64,000 nucleotides of DNA, from NCBI GenBank assembly GCA_963833425.1, contig CAWHXP010000008.1, forward strand, positions 276,578 to 340,577, read 5' to 3'. Below the pieces are notes generated by a model. That model ran no database searches, was not told where the DNA came from, and was given only the letters and a program-made list of their open reading frames with translations. This document shows positions 22,958-34,347 of the stretch, piece after piece (the first letter of the stretch is position 1; each line of letters starts with the position of its first letter). A program made the position numbers and the translations under genes. Source of the stretch: an uncultured Methanosarcinaceae archaeon. GTDB lineage: Archaea; Halobacteriota; Methanosarcinia; Methanosarcinales; Methanosarcinaceae.

Positions 22958-23575
22958 TCATGGTTTTTGAACCCCTGGTTCTGAGGGTTTATTAAGTATG
23001 CTTTTTGCCCGTAATATACGCTGTATAATAGTAATATGAGAAAACACAGTTATCAGCACAAGAGACCATCCAAGAAAACCTGAAAGAGCGCCTACGGCTA
23101 GTAGGGTCATTCTTTCAGCACGTTCGGCAATTCCAACAGACAGTTTTCTGCGGCCTTCGGACTCAGCGCGCGCTCGGGTATAACTTACCAGAAAAGAACC
23201 TATAAGAGCAAAGCCTGCCCAGAGCCAGCTTTCAATTTGCATGATAGGTGAGAGCATAAGCTTGCCATTCACTACTCCGGCTATAATACCTAGAAACATT
23301 AGCCCTTCAGAGTAACGGTCACATACCGAATCAAGCACGCCTCCAAAAGGAGTTATTATGCCTTTAGCTCGCGCAACTCCTCCATCAAAAGCGTCAAGGA
23401 CTCCACTGAAGAGAATGAGAAGCCCTCCCTCAAAATGTTTTCCTAGAGCAAAAGCCATACCTGCAGCCATGCTTACCAAAAAACCCAATAAGGTAAGTGT
23501 ATTTGGAGATAGGGGAATTAAGAGAGCAATTGGCATTATCAGCTTTCTTACGCTGTTTTTTAAGTCATCGAATAT
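22958..23575 (-). CDS. CDP-alcohol phosphatidyltransferase (archaetidylinositol-phosphate synthase-like)
   Basis: SPNTLTLLG, DAFDGGVAR...FGGVLDSVCDRYSE, LVSYTRARAE, AERAER. First ATG is 23536 but the frame is open to an ATA at 23575 behind GGAAGG. Confidence 0.9.
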   Translation of the reverse strand: MFDDLKNSVRKLIMPIALLIPLSPNTLTLLGFLVSMAAGMAFALGKHFEGGLLILFSGVLDAFDGGVARAKGIITPFGGVLDSVCDRYSEGLMFLGIIAGVVNGKLMLSPIMQIESWLWAGFALIGSFLVSYTRARAESEGRRKLSVGIAERAERMTLLAVGALSGFLGWSLVLITVFSHITIIQRILRAKSILNKPSEPGVQKP

Positions 23576-24789
23576 TTCAATCCCTTCCTGTTATCTATTA
23601 TCCATACTATACCGTTGCATATTAGCCTTATCTTTCTTGAGAAATACCAAATATCAGATACCAAGTCTGCTGTTGAAAAATTCATTTAAAATTTAAATTG
23701 CAACTTCCAGGATTGAACGATCGTCAAGGTTGATATACCTCAAAAGAAGTATAATGATCTTTTTAGGATAAAGATAGGTAATATGAGTTTAAAATTATAT
23801 GGAGCTGGGTTCTGTGTAATCTACGTGGGGAGAGTATGATTAAAAATAGTGTGCAAAATCGAGGGTCGGGTTGGGAATTTGTGGAAAATTCTAATAAATA
23901 ATTAAGGAAAATATCTAAATTGATATTAAAAGTCGAAGTTCAAAGCTTAAGATTTTAGTCTCTTTTAATAGATATTTTTCTACGCTCAGTTTCAATTTTC
24001 ATAAGAAACATTAAGAATCTGAATTTGCGAGATGATGTTCATTGGAACAAAGTCTAATTTCAATTTCAGTACAAGGAATTTCTAGATAGGCAGGATAGAG
24101 ACTTAATGCCTCAGCCTGACAGGGCGCTGACTTGAAACAGGTGTTTCACCACAGGAGGGAGTATACCAGTGAAAGTAAGACATTCAGATGCTTAAGTGCA
24201 AGAAACTTATCTATCTACCTGATGACTGGGGCAAATATGATATTCTGCAAATTGTTCCTAGATTCTTAGAAAAATAGCTTATACATTTAACCTTGATAAA
24301 ACAGAATTAAAATACGTGTTTATCCAAGTTTAATTGAGATTGCAAGAGAGGACAATTTTACGGATATTTGTATAAAAAGATTCAGCAAATTTTTGGAAAA
24401 AATAGGATGCTTCCAAAACCACCTATTTGGCCTCTACCTACTGATACAATCCAAATTTGTGGCCGCCCATCCAAAATAGGCAAAAGTGATTGTCTGCAGA
24501 ATTATTCAAAGGTGTCCTAGACAAATATATAGCTTATTGATAGGAGATAGAAGATGAAAATATTGCCTCTAAAAACAGCATAATAAGGATTGAAACAAAG
24601 GTTGTATTATTAGAGAATTTTTTCAGTATTTACATTTAATAAATTCGTTTTTCTTCTCAATTTCATTGATTAAAAGTATAAAAAAATAAAGATATTTTAA
24701 GTGAATGAAATAGAAAAAAAGCCTGAAAAGTACCCAATTTAAATTACCTATCACATTCCTGGAGCTCTTCACGGTCCACTTTTCTATCT

Positions 24790-24965
24790 TGAAATTTATT
24801 CAATCTTATGCGGCCTTTTGAGAAAAATTATAGCTACCTGTAACAACCACCTGCTGATCGATCACTAAACTCTCATTGTTTAAGAAGTCGTAGGTCCATA
24901 TTTACTATAATGGTGTGGAATGTTTAGCAGCAGGGTTATTCGTTATGGTGTCCCTTTGCACGATT
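24790..24965 (-). pseudogene. Phospholipase D-like domain remnant
   Basis: KHSTP...DFLNNESLVIDQQVVVTGSYNFSQKAA* matches a degenerate HxK(x4)D...GSxN motif. Confidence 0.55.
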
Positions 24966-25811
24966 TTTGCATTTTCATTTACATTTTTACTTTTTTCAAT
25001 GTCTTTTATAAGCTAGTTCATTTATTTGTGAAGATTCCAGGGGTAATAAAAAAATCATTACTATCAAATTGTTGTTCGATTTTAAAACATATTATTTGAA
25101 AGTAATTTTTGTTCAGAAACTATTTTTTGTATAATTAATTTAAAATTACCAAATAGATAATTGTATACTGTAGCTTAAAATGTAACAGACAAAGAGTTAG
25201 AAACGACCGGTAGGATGTGTGAGCATACAAAGTAATTATAAAAAGTTGCATTAGTAAAAAATGGATATGAAAATACAAGGATTGGTAGCAAAAATAACTG
25301 ATACGGGAAAGACTATCGAGCTTATGATAAAAGCTATAAATGACACCCAAAAAGTCCAAGGAACGATGAGACAATTTGAAAAATAACTGCGATGCGTTAT
25401 TTAAAGTCAAGGGATTCATTAATCAAATGTAATAAATTAAGTAACGTTAAAATGTTGATGTTTTTATCTTAGAAACGAGTTAGAAAAAAATTTCATACAA
25501 TTTAGGAGTTAATTTACTCTTTTTAGACTAGAAAGCTTTTGATTATCTCGTTTTGCGATATTCGAGCTGGCATAGAGTAGAGTTTATCCAGACAGACTAT
25601 TTAGTGTAAATAAAAGAAATGCAGAGATAAACCTGTTCTACATAATCTTGGTGTACCCACAATTAGTTTGTTGCGAAAAATCGATGAACTTGTAATAAAA
25701 AGTAATTAAGAATGTAAATCAGTTATTAAACAGCGATTAACGTGAGTTTCCAACCCCAGCAAGTTGCAGGGTATTCGATTGAAATAAAATAGGACAACTC
25801 GAGGGTTAAAT

Positions 25812-26394
25812 ATGAGACTAAAAGATAAGAAAATTGGGATACTTTTTGAGAGTGATTTCTATGAGCAAGAGATCTGGTATTATATATTTCGATTCCGTGA
25901 AGAGGGAGTAAAACTTCACTTCCTGACTCGTCTATGGGGTCAAAAAGAGCAATAATTTCACGGTCATGAATATCAATTCCCATGAAATGTAATGAAAACT
26001 TCGAAGGAATGAGTGATGAGGAACTCGCAAGTTACTCGGCCATTATTGTACTTTCGGGGATGGTGGCCGACAGATTGAGGTACACAGAAGACTGAGTAAA
26101 ATCCCGCCGGCGACTCAGTTTCTTGCTCGCGCATTTGCCAACAAGCAAATTATCAAAGGTATCATTTGCCATGGACTCTGGCTCTGTGCACCTATGCCGG
26201 AACTGGTGAAAGGAAGGCGATTGACAGTTCACAACAATCTCTATGGAGATGCAAAGGCATACGGTGCTACTTACGTTAATGAAGATCTGGTGGTGGACGG
26301 TGATCTGGTTACAGCTCGCACAGGAGATGACTGTTATCTTCTGGCACTAAAGATAATAGAAATGATAGAGCAGAAAGGAAATCAGGAAAGATGA
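25812..26394 (+). pseudogene. DJ-1/PfpI family protein (in-frame TAA plus frameshift)
   Basis: MRLKDKKIGILFESDFYEQEIWYY...LWGQKEQ*FHGHEY...DRLRYTED / ...GIICHGLWL...DLVVDGDLVTARTG. Confidence 0.9.
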
Positions 26395-26407
26395 AAAAGG
26401 AGTTTAA

Positions 26408-26700
26408 ATGCTCACTCAAAATTTTTACATGTTTGAATCAATTGCAAGGACCCTATTGCTACGGAAAGATTCTATACCAGAAACTTTAAGTTCAGAAGTG
26501 TTCGCATTATCCTTTTTGACGGCAAGAAAATAGTCTTAATCAGGATCTAAAAAGGTGATATGTATCTTGAGATTTTCGAAGTCGCAGAAGAAGCTCTCCC
26601 CTCGAGTTACTAAAAATGGACCAACAAGTTCGAGTTTTCGCCAGCTTGCTTTCAAAGTTGACAATCTTATTCAAAGTTGAAAGAAAATCCAGATGGAAGG
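26408..26700 (+). pseudogene. VOC (glyoxalase-fold) protein remnant
   Basis: CKDPIATERFYTRNFKF...RI*KGDMYLEIFE...FRQLAFKVDNL across stops and frameshifts. Confidence 0.75.
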
Positions 26701-26852
26701 ATCAATGAAATTAGCCAAGGAAATCGGGATCAAAAAAATCCCTTAAAACTTGATTAACAAAAATCTTGTGGAGAGAAGAATTTAACGTAATATAATTTTT
26801 CGGGTCTGAGTTTGAAACAACCATTATAAAAGGGATAACGGAGGCAATATAT

Positions 26853-29030
26853 ACGGATTATGCAACTGTTTTTAATAACCGTCATTATGCTATCAAAAAG
26901 GGCTATCCACATCCTTTAGGTGCAACACCGGATGAAGAAGGGGTGAACTTTTCTATTTTTTCAGAACAGGCTGATTATGTAGAACTCCTGCTCTTTGACA
27001 GATATGATGATAAACAACCTGCACTTATACTGTCCACAAGCAGAGAAAATGCATTGACTCAAATTGGGAGCATTGAAAACTCCGTGAAACCAAAAAAGTC
27101 CTCTGAAACCACTGAAACCAGAGGAATTCCCCTTAACAAAACTTTCCACTTCTGGCATGTATATGTGCATGGCCTGAAGCCGGGGATTTATTATGCATAT
27201 CGGATAGGGGGAAAATTTGATCCAACCAAAGGGTACCGTTTTGATGGGAAAAAAGTTCTGATAGATCCATACTCCAGAGGAAATAACAAAACTTTATGGG
27301 ATAGAAGAGCGGCTTGTATGCCAGGGGATAACTTGGCAACATCCATGCGGAGTGTGGTAATAGATCCTTCTGGTTATGATTGGAGCAATGATCCCTCTGT
27401 AGTTCTTAGAGGAAAAAATCGGAAACTTAAAGAAAACATCATCTATGAACTTCATATAGGTGGATTTACCAGATCTCAAACATCTAAAGTTACGACACCT
27501 GGCACTTTCGCAGGAGTTATTGAAAAAATCCCCTATCTCAAAGAACTTGGCATCACCGCAGTAGAACTATTGCCGGTATTCGATTTCGATGACACCGTAG
27601 ATCCAAATGGCCGGAAAGACTACTGGGGTTATGATCCAATCAGTTTTTTCGCACCTCACAGCAGCTATTGTGTCAATCCTGAACAAGGAAAACATACAGA
27701 AGAGTTACGGGATATAGTCAAAGCTCTTCACAAAGAAGGAATTGCAGTAATTCTGGATGTTGTTTTTAACCATACATCTGAAGGAAATGACAAGGGGCCT
27801 GTATTCTCTTTTAAAGGAATTGACAACAATCTATACTACCTCCTTGAACTTGACAAGCAGTATTACAGCAATTATTCAGGTTGTGGAAATACTGTAAACT
27901 GCAATCATCCGGTAACCCAGAAATTGCTAGTTGACTGCTTGAAGTACTGGGTCGAGGAGATCCATGTGAATGCTTTTCGTTTTGACGAAGGGTCTATTAT
28001 GTCAATAGGAACTGATGGCAAAGTAATGGAGTATCCTCCAGTTATATGGCAAATCGAACTGGACGATGCTCTTGGATACATAACAGTGATTGCTGAAGCC
28101 TGGGATGCAGCAGGACTCAATCAGGTGGGGTATTTCCCAGGCTATCGATGGGCGGAATGGAATGGCTATTACAGGGATGATATACGTTGTTTTGTCAAAG
28201 GGGACCCTGGCATTGTAGGAAGGGTTGCAAGTAGGATTGCGGGCAGTGCTGATATATATCAAGCAAAATCAAAGCTTCCCATCAATAGTATCAATTTCGT
28301 GACATGCCATGATGGCTTTACACTTAATGATCTCGTGTCCTATAACTACAAGCACAACGAGGCTAATGGGGAAAACAACAGGGACGGTAATGACAACAAC
28401 CTAAGCTGGAACTGTGGAGTTGAGGGTGAGACCAATGATATGGCTGTCGAAGCCCTGCGAGAACGGCAGATCAAAAACTTTGCTTCAATCCTGATGCTAT
28501 CTGTGGGAATACCAATGATTTGCATGGGGGACGAAGTTCGACGCACTCAAAAAGGAAATAATAATGCATATTGCCAAGACAACGAAATTAGTTGGTTTGA
28601 CTGGGACCTTGTAGAAAAAAACAATCACATGCTTCGTTTCTGGCGATTGATGATTGATTTTCGAAAACGCCATCCTACTCTCCTGCGCGACTATTATTTC
28701 ACGGGAACAGAAAATAAGCGAGGGCTAAAGGATATTGATTGGCATGGCTGTAAACTCCATTCCCCTGGCTGGGATGACCCCTCTGCAAGAGCTCTTGCCT
28801 TTACAATGGGCGAATTTGGAGCTGGCGAGGATATCCATGTCATGCTAAATATGTACTCTGAATCTCTTGAATTCGAGATTCCTAGGATCAAAGGCAGAAA
28901 GTGGTATAGGGTAGTCGACACGTTTCTGCCCGCTCCCCAGGATATCACAGAAGTTGGGGAGGAAATCGGGATAAATGGTAACACCTACTTTGTCTCCGGG
29001 CGAAGTGTTGTTGTGCTAGTTTCAAAATAA
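26853..29030 (+). CDS. glgX: Glycogen debranching enzyme/isoamylase (CBM48 + GH13)
   Basis: GYPHPLGAT...GVNFS, LIDPYSR, YWGYDP, DVVFNHT, RFDEG, IAEAWD, FVTCHDGFTL, NNNAYCQDNEISWFDW. Frame extends upstream of the track start (26943) to an ACG at 26853 behind GGAGG. Confidence 0.95.
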   Translation, partial: TDYATVFNNRHYAIKKGYPHPLGATPDEEGVNFSIFSEQADYVELLLFDRYDDKQPALILSTSRENALTQIGSIENSVKPKKSSETTETRGIPLNKTFHFWHVYVHGLKPGIYYAYRIGGKFDPTKGYRFDGKKVLIDPYSRGNNKTLWDRRAACMPGDNLATSMRSVVIDPSGYDWSNDPSVVLRGKNRKLKENIIYELHIGGFTRSQTSKVTTPGTFAGVIEKIPYLKELGITAVELLPVFDFDDTVDPNGRKDYWGYDPISFFAPHSSYCVNPEQGKHTEELRDIVKALHKEGIAVILDVVFNHTSEGNDKGPVFSFKGIDNNLYYLLELDKQYYSNYSGCGNTVNCNHPVTQKLLVDCLKYWVEEIHVNAFRFDEGSIMSIGTDGKVMEYPPVIWQIELDDALGYITVIAEAWDAAGLNQVGYFPGYRWAEWNGYYRDDIRCFVKGDPGIVGRVASRIAGSADIYQAKSKLPINSINFVTCHDGFTLNDLVSYNYKHNEANGENNRDGNDNNLSWNCGVEGETNDMAVEALRERQIKNFASILMLSVGIPMICMGDEVRRTQKGNNNAYCQDNEISWFDWDLVEKNNHMLRFWRLMIDFRKRHPTLLRDYYFTGTENKRGLKDIDWHGCKLHSPGWDDPSARALAFTMGEFGAGEDIHVMLNMYSESLEFEIPRIKGRKWYRVVDTFLPAPQDITEVGEEIGINGNTYFVSGRSVVVLVSK

Positions 29031-29063
29031 ATCAAAAGCAGTAATATATTTTGTGGAGTAGTT

Positions 29064-30911
29064 ATGGTGAAAAAAATCGATTTTACTTTTTCAGATCTAA
29101 TTGCAGGATATGTAAAGCACTACGACTCCGAAAATGGTACATTCCGTCTTAAAACCGCTGACAGTCGTGAGTTCATGGTTTACCTGCCCAGTACTCTTTC
29201 TGCAGATACTCTTACTGCAGAATATCTGCGTAATTTAGGAGAGGACTATAAAGATGCTAAAGAGAAACTGAATGAATTACTGGTTCCGGATAAGTATCTG
29301 TTTGTCTATGGACTCTTTTATCCTGATAGCCAAAACGATGAATATAAGTTCGAAGCCAAACATATAGTATTTCCGAGTTTTGCAGACGAAGAATATCGTT
29401 TTGAAGAGCAGGACTGGTGGATCAAACAGATCCGGGAGTTAGCCGATTTTTATCTCAAAGGTGAGTTTAGGGATGGGAAAATTGACTACCATAACTACAG
29501 GACAAGCCTATCCATCACAGATGAAACAGAAGGCCAGCGCCAAGAAACAGATACTATGTCCCGCCTCGTATATGGTTTCGCCACGGCATATTTGCTGACA
29601 GGAGAAGAACGTTACCTTGAGGCTGCTCAGAAAGGAACACAGTACCTTAGGGAAAAACTGATGCTGGAGGATTCGGATGAAGATACATGTTTTTGGTATC
29701 ATGCAATGGATATCAAAGATGACAGCAGCGAACATAAGATTCTGGCCTCAGATTTCGTAGACGATCATGGAGCAATCCCCTGTTATGAACAGATTTATGC
29801 ATTAGCAGGACCTACCCAGACCTACCGTATTACCGGAGATCCACAAATTCTGGATGATATCAAAAAAACTGTTAACACATTTAACCGCTATTTCAGGGAT
29901 CACAGCAAAAAAGGCGGTTTTTTCTCCCATATTGATCCATTTAAAAAAGATCCTCACAGTAAATCCTTGGGAAATAATAGAGCAAAGAAAAACTGGAATT
30001 CTATAGGAGACCATGCTCCTGCATACCTTATCAATCTCTGGCTTGCGACCGGGGCGGACGAATATGCCGATTTTTTGGAAGAGATTTTTGATACGATTGC
30101 GAAACATTTCCCTGATTATGGGCACAGCTCTTTTGTCCAGGAAAGGTATAATGAAGACTGGACCCCTGATACTACCTGGAGCTGGCAGCAAAATCGTGCG
30201 ATTGTAGGACACAACCTCAAAATTGCCTGGAACCTCATGCGAATGCACAACCTTATCCCTAAAAAAGAATATGCAGAACTGGCAAAAACAATCGCAGAAA
30301 AGATGCCTACTGCAGGTTCTGATCTGCAGAGAGGCGGATGGTACGATATGCTGGAACGCATAAAAAGGCCTGGAGAAAAGTATCACCGCTTTGTCTGGGG
30401 TGACCGCAAGGTCTGGTGGCAGCAAGAACAGGGGATTCTAGCTTACCTGATTCTCTACGGAATTCTTAAACGTCCTGAATATCTCCGATTGGGAAGGGAA
30501 TCCGCTTCTTTTTATAATGCCTGGTTCCTTGATATTCAGTCTGGAGGTATATATTTCAGCGTCCTGGCGAATGGGATTCCCTATATCCTTGGTACAGAAC
30601 GAGATGAAGGTAGCCACTCCAAGGCAGGATATCATGCTTTTGAACTTGCATACCTAGCTGCCGTTTATAATAACTTCTTGATAAAAAATAAGGACATGGA
30701 CTTTTACTTCAAACCCACACCAAATGGGTTTAAAGACAACATTCTGCGAGTTTCTCCGGATATTCTGCCTGCTGGCAAGGTCAGGATCAAAGAAGTATGG
30801 ATCAACGGATGCGAATATGATGCTTTTGATGCCGAAAATCTGACTATAATTTTACCAGACAACCAGCCCGAAATGAAGATAAGGGTACGCCTTAGCCCAT
30901 CCATGTATTGA
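29064..30911 (+). CDS. AGE family (N-acylglucosamine 2-epimerase-like) protein with N- and C-terminal extensions
   Basis: 615 aa; SRLVYGFATAY, GDHAPAY, VGHNLKIAWN, KVWWQQEQGIL, GSHSKAGYH resemble (alpha/alpha)6 AGE motifs. Confidence 0.85.
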   Translation: MVKKIDFTFSDLIAGYVKHYDSENGTFRLKTADSREFMVYLPSTLSADTLTAEYLRNLGEDYKDAKEKLNELLVPDKYLFVYGLFYPDSQNDEYKFEAKHIVFPSFADEEYRFEEQDWWIKQIRELADFYLKGEFRDGKIDYHNYRTSLSITDETEGQRQETDTMSRLVYGFATAYLLTGEERYLEAAQKGTQYLREKLMLEDSDEDTCFWYHAMDIKDDSSEHKILASDFVDDHGAIPCYEQIYALAGPTQTYRITGDPQILDDIKKTVNTFNRYFRDHSKKGGFFSHIDPFKKDPHSKSLGNNRAKKNWNSIGDHAPAYLINLWLATGADEYADFLEEIFDTIAKHFPDYGHSSFVQERYNEDWTPDTTWSWQQNRAIVGHNLKIAWNLMRMHNLIPKKEYAELAKTIAEKMPTAGSDLQRGGWYDMLERIKRPGEKYHRFVWGDRKVWWQQEQGILAYLILYGILKRPEYLRLGRESASFYNAWFLDIQSGGIYFSVLANGIPYILGTERDEGSHSKAGYHAFELAYLAAVYNNFLIKNKDMDFYFKPTPNGFKDNILRVSPDILPAGKVRIKEVWINGCEYDAFDAENLTIILPDNQPEMKIRVRLSPSMY

Positions 30912-31049
30912 TTCCGAGATCCATTTACTCTATATTTGGGTGAGGAGAAAACTGTAAATGGCTCAAGCACATTTCTGAAAAATTTTTTGTATTGAATTGT
31001 TTAGGAGTATGTTTAAGTCATTAGCGAATCTGGGGATGAAATCAAAATA

Positions 31050-32110
31050 TTGAAGCTCCTGGGATAGGAAAACGCCATCTTACTAACGCCTCTCAACAAC
31101 ATTGCCGAGCTTATTCAATTGAAATATATACCAATCTTTTATTTAGCACCAGAGGAAATTTGGAGGTCCTACAGGATTACGATATCTCGTTCAGGAGTGT
31201 CACAGAAATGGGATCGCTGTGATTCTCGACATGGTCTATTTCCACCCTGATCACATGTTCACCTACCTAGATTGGATACGAGAAATTCTTCAATCTGATG
31301 GAAGACGACCATTACTCTGACACAAGCGGCATGCCTAGTGCCCCCAATCCTTAGGTGTTCGCCTATGAAGAATTTGGAAAGAAGAACTACTGGCGCATAC
31401 TATCCACCCAACAATTTTTCGCCGCTGTAAATGCATTCTGGTTGCAAAAATTTCATATAGACGGTTTTCGCTACGATCACGTCAACGCCTACCCTGATCG
31501 AAAACCAATTTTAGGATATGGTCGCGTCGACTGGTCCTATCAGGGATGCCGCCCAACTTTTTTGTCTCTCTAAGAGTTGTTCAAAGCTACCTACCAGGAA
31601 TCTAGAAACATCCTCTATTTGTTCCTGCACCAAATGCTCCATTAAGGATGATTCAGATTGCAGAGGATCTTGGAGAAAGCGCTTACCAGTTGTCGCCTGT
31701 ATCAGCCAGTGCAATCAGTGGATTGGGAGAAAATTCTTTGTGACGTCGCCAAGGAAATGGTAATTAAAGATATCCTTCCGCTTTATATGGGAAAGGAGCT
31801 GCTGCTTTCAGACAATAGATTCGACAAACAAAGTTATACAGGCAGTAAAACCGTTGGAGACGACGTTATATCAGCATACATCTTTCAGTATATCGAATAA
31901 CAATGAATGCAGGTTATTCTATGTGATACAGAAACATAAGGAATGCGATGCCGCAGAATTTGATTATCGTAAGGGTTTGGATAAACAGCCTTGCTGGTTA
32001 GTTACAGTCATATTCCATTTCTCTCATGAACACGTCTGCATCTCTATTCTCTGAGCCGGTCAGGAATTCGCCGAGAACACGGATTTTAAGGTAGAATCAT
32101 ATCCATAAAT
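31050..32110 (+). pseudogene. GH13 alpha-amylase/branching-enzyme-like remnant
   Basis: LGIGNAILL, LVQECHRNGIAVILDMVY, FWLQKFHIDGFRYDHV fragments in several frames. Confidence 0.8.
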
Positions 32111-32286
32111 TAAGGTAATGAGAAAATGCGATAATTGTTCAGTTTTCCACAGATGTATATCAAAATGCCATCAATTTTCTCAATATAAAAGTGGCTCAAA
32201 AATTAATCTAACTTTAATACTAATATTGTGCAAATAGGAAAATAAATTAGACATGTATTTACATCTGCAGAGTATAATTTTTACCA

Positions 32287-33327
32287 CTATTCTAAAATGG
32301 GTGTCCCATAGGTATAATCCTCGAGTTCTAGGACTATTTTCCATAGCTCTTTGCATTCACAATTCATTTTACTCAGGTCTGCTGGATTCTGGGTAAGTGA
32401 GAAAGTTCTGAGCGAGTCTGCGACATCTGAGCTACATAGTTTACAGTTGTGAGGGCCACGTTTTGAGCCTGCACCCACTGGGTCGGACATAAGTATGAGA
32501 TCCGGATGCGCAGCTTTCGCCTTTTCCAGAATTTCTACGATGCTCCAGAGCCATGGAGGACGATATTGTCCTTTTTCCCAGAGAGCTTCAACGAGGGTGC
32601 CTTTCTGCACGTTGCAGAGGTTAATAGAAATTGTGTCAGCATAGGGAGCTGCATCATCTATGGAACTAACTATATCTTCTAAGGCCTGACGTTCGGAAAG
32701 GAAGGGAGGTTTTAGCATCAGATAAGCTTTTACGGTTGAACCATGTGCCTTTGAAATTTTTGCTGCATAAACAAAATCTTGGAAGGTAAATCCCTTGTTA
32801 ATTGAATCTATGCGAATGATGTCAGAGCTTGTTTCCAGTCCAAATGCTAGCTCAAATGGAATATTTATTAGAATATTTATACAGTCTAGTACATTTTCTT
32901 CGGTTACAAAGTTAGGCCGGGTTTCTACGAGCACCTTGATAACCCTGGGATCATCAGCGAGAGTTTGGAGAATTGCAGTTCTTACTTCACGAGGGACTTC
33001 ATTTTCGTCAAGGAAACTACCTGATGTGAAGATTTTGACCATGAACCGTGAAAATTTGTCAGCTTTTTTCATCGCTATGGAAAGTTGGGTTTGGTAATCT
33101 TCAAGGGTCGGTGGGTCACTTGCGCAGTCATAAACATAGCCACACATGGTGCAACCTCCAGCTTTTCCCCAGCTGCAGCCTATACTTTTAAAAATTACAG
33201 TGAGAGTTTTTATCTGGATCCCGTTTACAATGTCGATACCTGTCCAGCATGCTGACGGTTCAGTCGTAGGAGAGGGTTTTATTTTAATTCTCTGCCGGAT
33301 TTTTATTACTTCTTTATTTAGAGTCAT
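32287..33327 (-). CDS. Archaeosine biosynthesis radical SAM enzyme RaSEA (TIGR01210-like)
   Basis: GCSWGKAGGCTMCGY, KIFTSGSFLD, ETRP, GLET, YLMLKPPFLSE, YRPPWLWS, RGPHNC. Confidence 0.9.
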   Translation of the reverse strand: MTLNKEVIKIRQRIKIKPSPTTEPSACWTGIDIVNGIQIKTLTVIFKSIGCSWGKAGGCTMCGYVYDCASDPPTLEDYQTQLSIAMKKADKFSRFMVKIFTSGSFLDENEVPREVRTAILQTLADDPRVIKVLVETRPNFVTEENVLDCINILINIPFELAFGLETSSDIIRIDSINKGFTFQDFVYAAKISKAHGSTVKAYLMLKPPFLSERQALEDIVSSIDDAAPYADTISINLCNVQKGTLVEALWEKGQYRPPWLWSIVEILEKAKAAHPDLILMSDPVGAGSKRGPHNCKLCSSDVADSLRTFSLTQNPADLSKMNCECKELWKIVLELEDYTYGTPILE

Positions 33328-33429
33328 GGGCAAAAAACTCACTGAATTGCTTGTTTGAATCTTGCAGAAATAGATTTAAGATCTTTTTTAGTTTTATTTA
33401 TTGTATACTTTATTCACTGACACTGTTTT

Positions 33430-34347
33430 TCATTCGAATTCGATTGTTGCAGGCGGCTTGGGTGTGACATCGTAGACGACCCTGACAACTGTCGGGATCT
33501 CGGAAGTTATCCTAGCTGCTAGGTGCTTGAGCGCGTCCCAGGAGAGTTCTAAAGCTTCTGCAGTCATTCCATCTCTTGATCCGACAGCCCTCACAGCTAC
33601 GATCCATCCGTAAGCTCGGATATCTCCTTTTACTCCTGTCCCCTTACCGATCACTGCAGCGAAAGTTTGCCAGGGGCAAAACCTGTCAAGAAGTTCCTCT
33701 TCTACTATAAGATTCGCTTCCCTTACGACCTCAAGTTTCTCCTTTGTAACTTCTCCGATAATCCGCACAGCCAAACCTGGACCAGGGAAAGGCATCCGGT
33801 CACAAATTTCTTCAGGTAGCTGTAGCGCCCAAGCAACTTTCCTCACCTCATCCTTGTAAAGGTCTTTTATAGGCTCAACGATCTTCTTGAAGTCCATCAC
33901 TTTAGGGAGTCCTCCAACATTGTGATGCGACTTGATGCCGCCTTCTGTCTCGATCCTGTCAGGGTAGATAGTGCCCTGAATCAGATAATCAGCTGCAATT
34001 TTCCTCGCTTCTTCTTCAAACACCCGGATGAAAGTCTCGCCTATAACATTCCTTTTTTCTTCAGGATCGGTTATATCTTTCAAAGCTGCAAGGAATCTGT
34101 CCTTTGAATGCACAATATCCAGATTCATGTGTGAAAAGACGTGCTTTATCCGTGCTGTTTCTCCTTTTCTCATGAGTCCTGTGTCAATATAGATCGGCTG
34201 CAACCTTTCTCCGATAGCCCTGTAAGCTAGCTCCGCGCAAACTGAGCTGTCCACACCGCCTGAGAGCGCGATAATTGCTCTATTACCTTTTATTTCCTGG
34301 CTGATTTCTTCAACTGCCTTTGGAATGAATTTATCAGGGTTTAACAT
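33430..34347 (-). CDS. guaAB: GMP synthase subunit B (ATP pyrophosphatase)
   Basis: [45 protein letters not shown]. Confidence 0.97.
   Translation of the reverse strand: MLNPDKFIPKAVEEISQEIKGNRAIIALSGGVDSSVCAELAYRAIGERLQPIYIDTGLMRKGETARIKHVFSHMNLDIVHSKDRFLAALKDITDPEEKRNVIGETFIRVFEEEARKIAADYLIQGTIYPDRIETEGGIKSHHNVGGLPKVMDFKKIVEPIKDLYKDEVRKVAWALQLPEEICDRMPFPGPGLAVRIIGEVTKEKLEVVREANLIVEEELLDRFCPWQTFAAVIGKGTGVKGDIRAYGWIVAVRAVGSRDGMTAEALELSWDALKHLAARITSEIPTVVRVVYDVTPKPPATIEFE

Noticed and set aside
29802..30425. 207-aa antisense ORF and similar shadow ORFs over real genes
   Set aside because: They overlap well-supported genes on the opposite strand and show no recognisable motifs.
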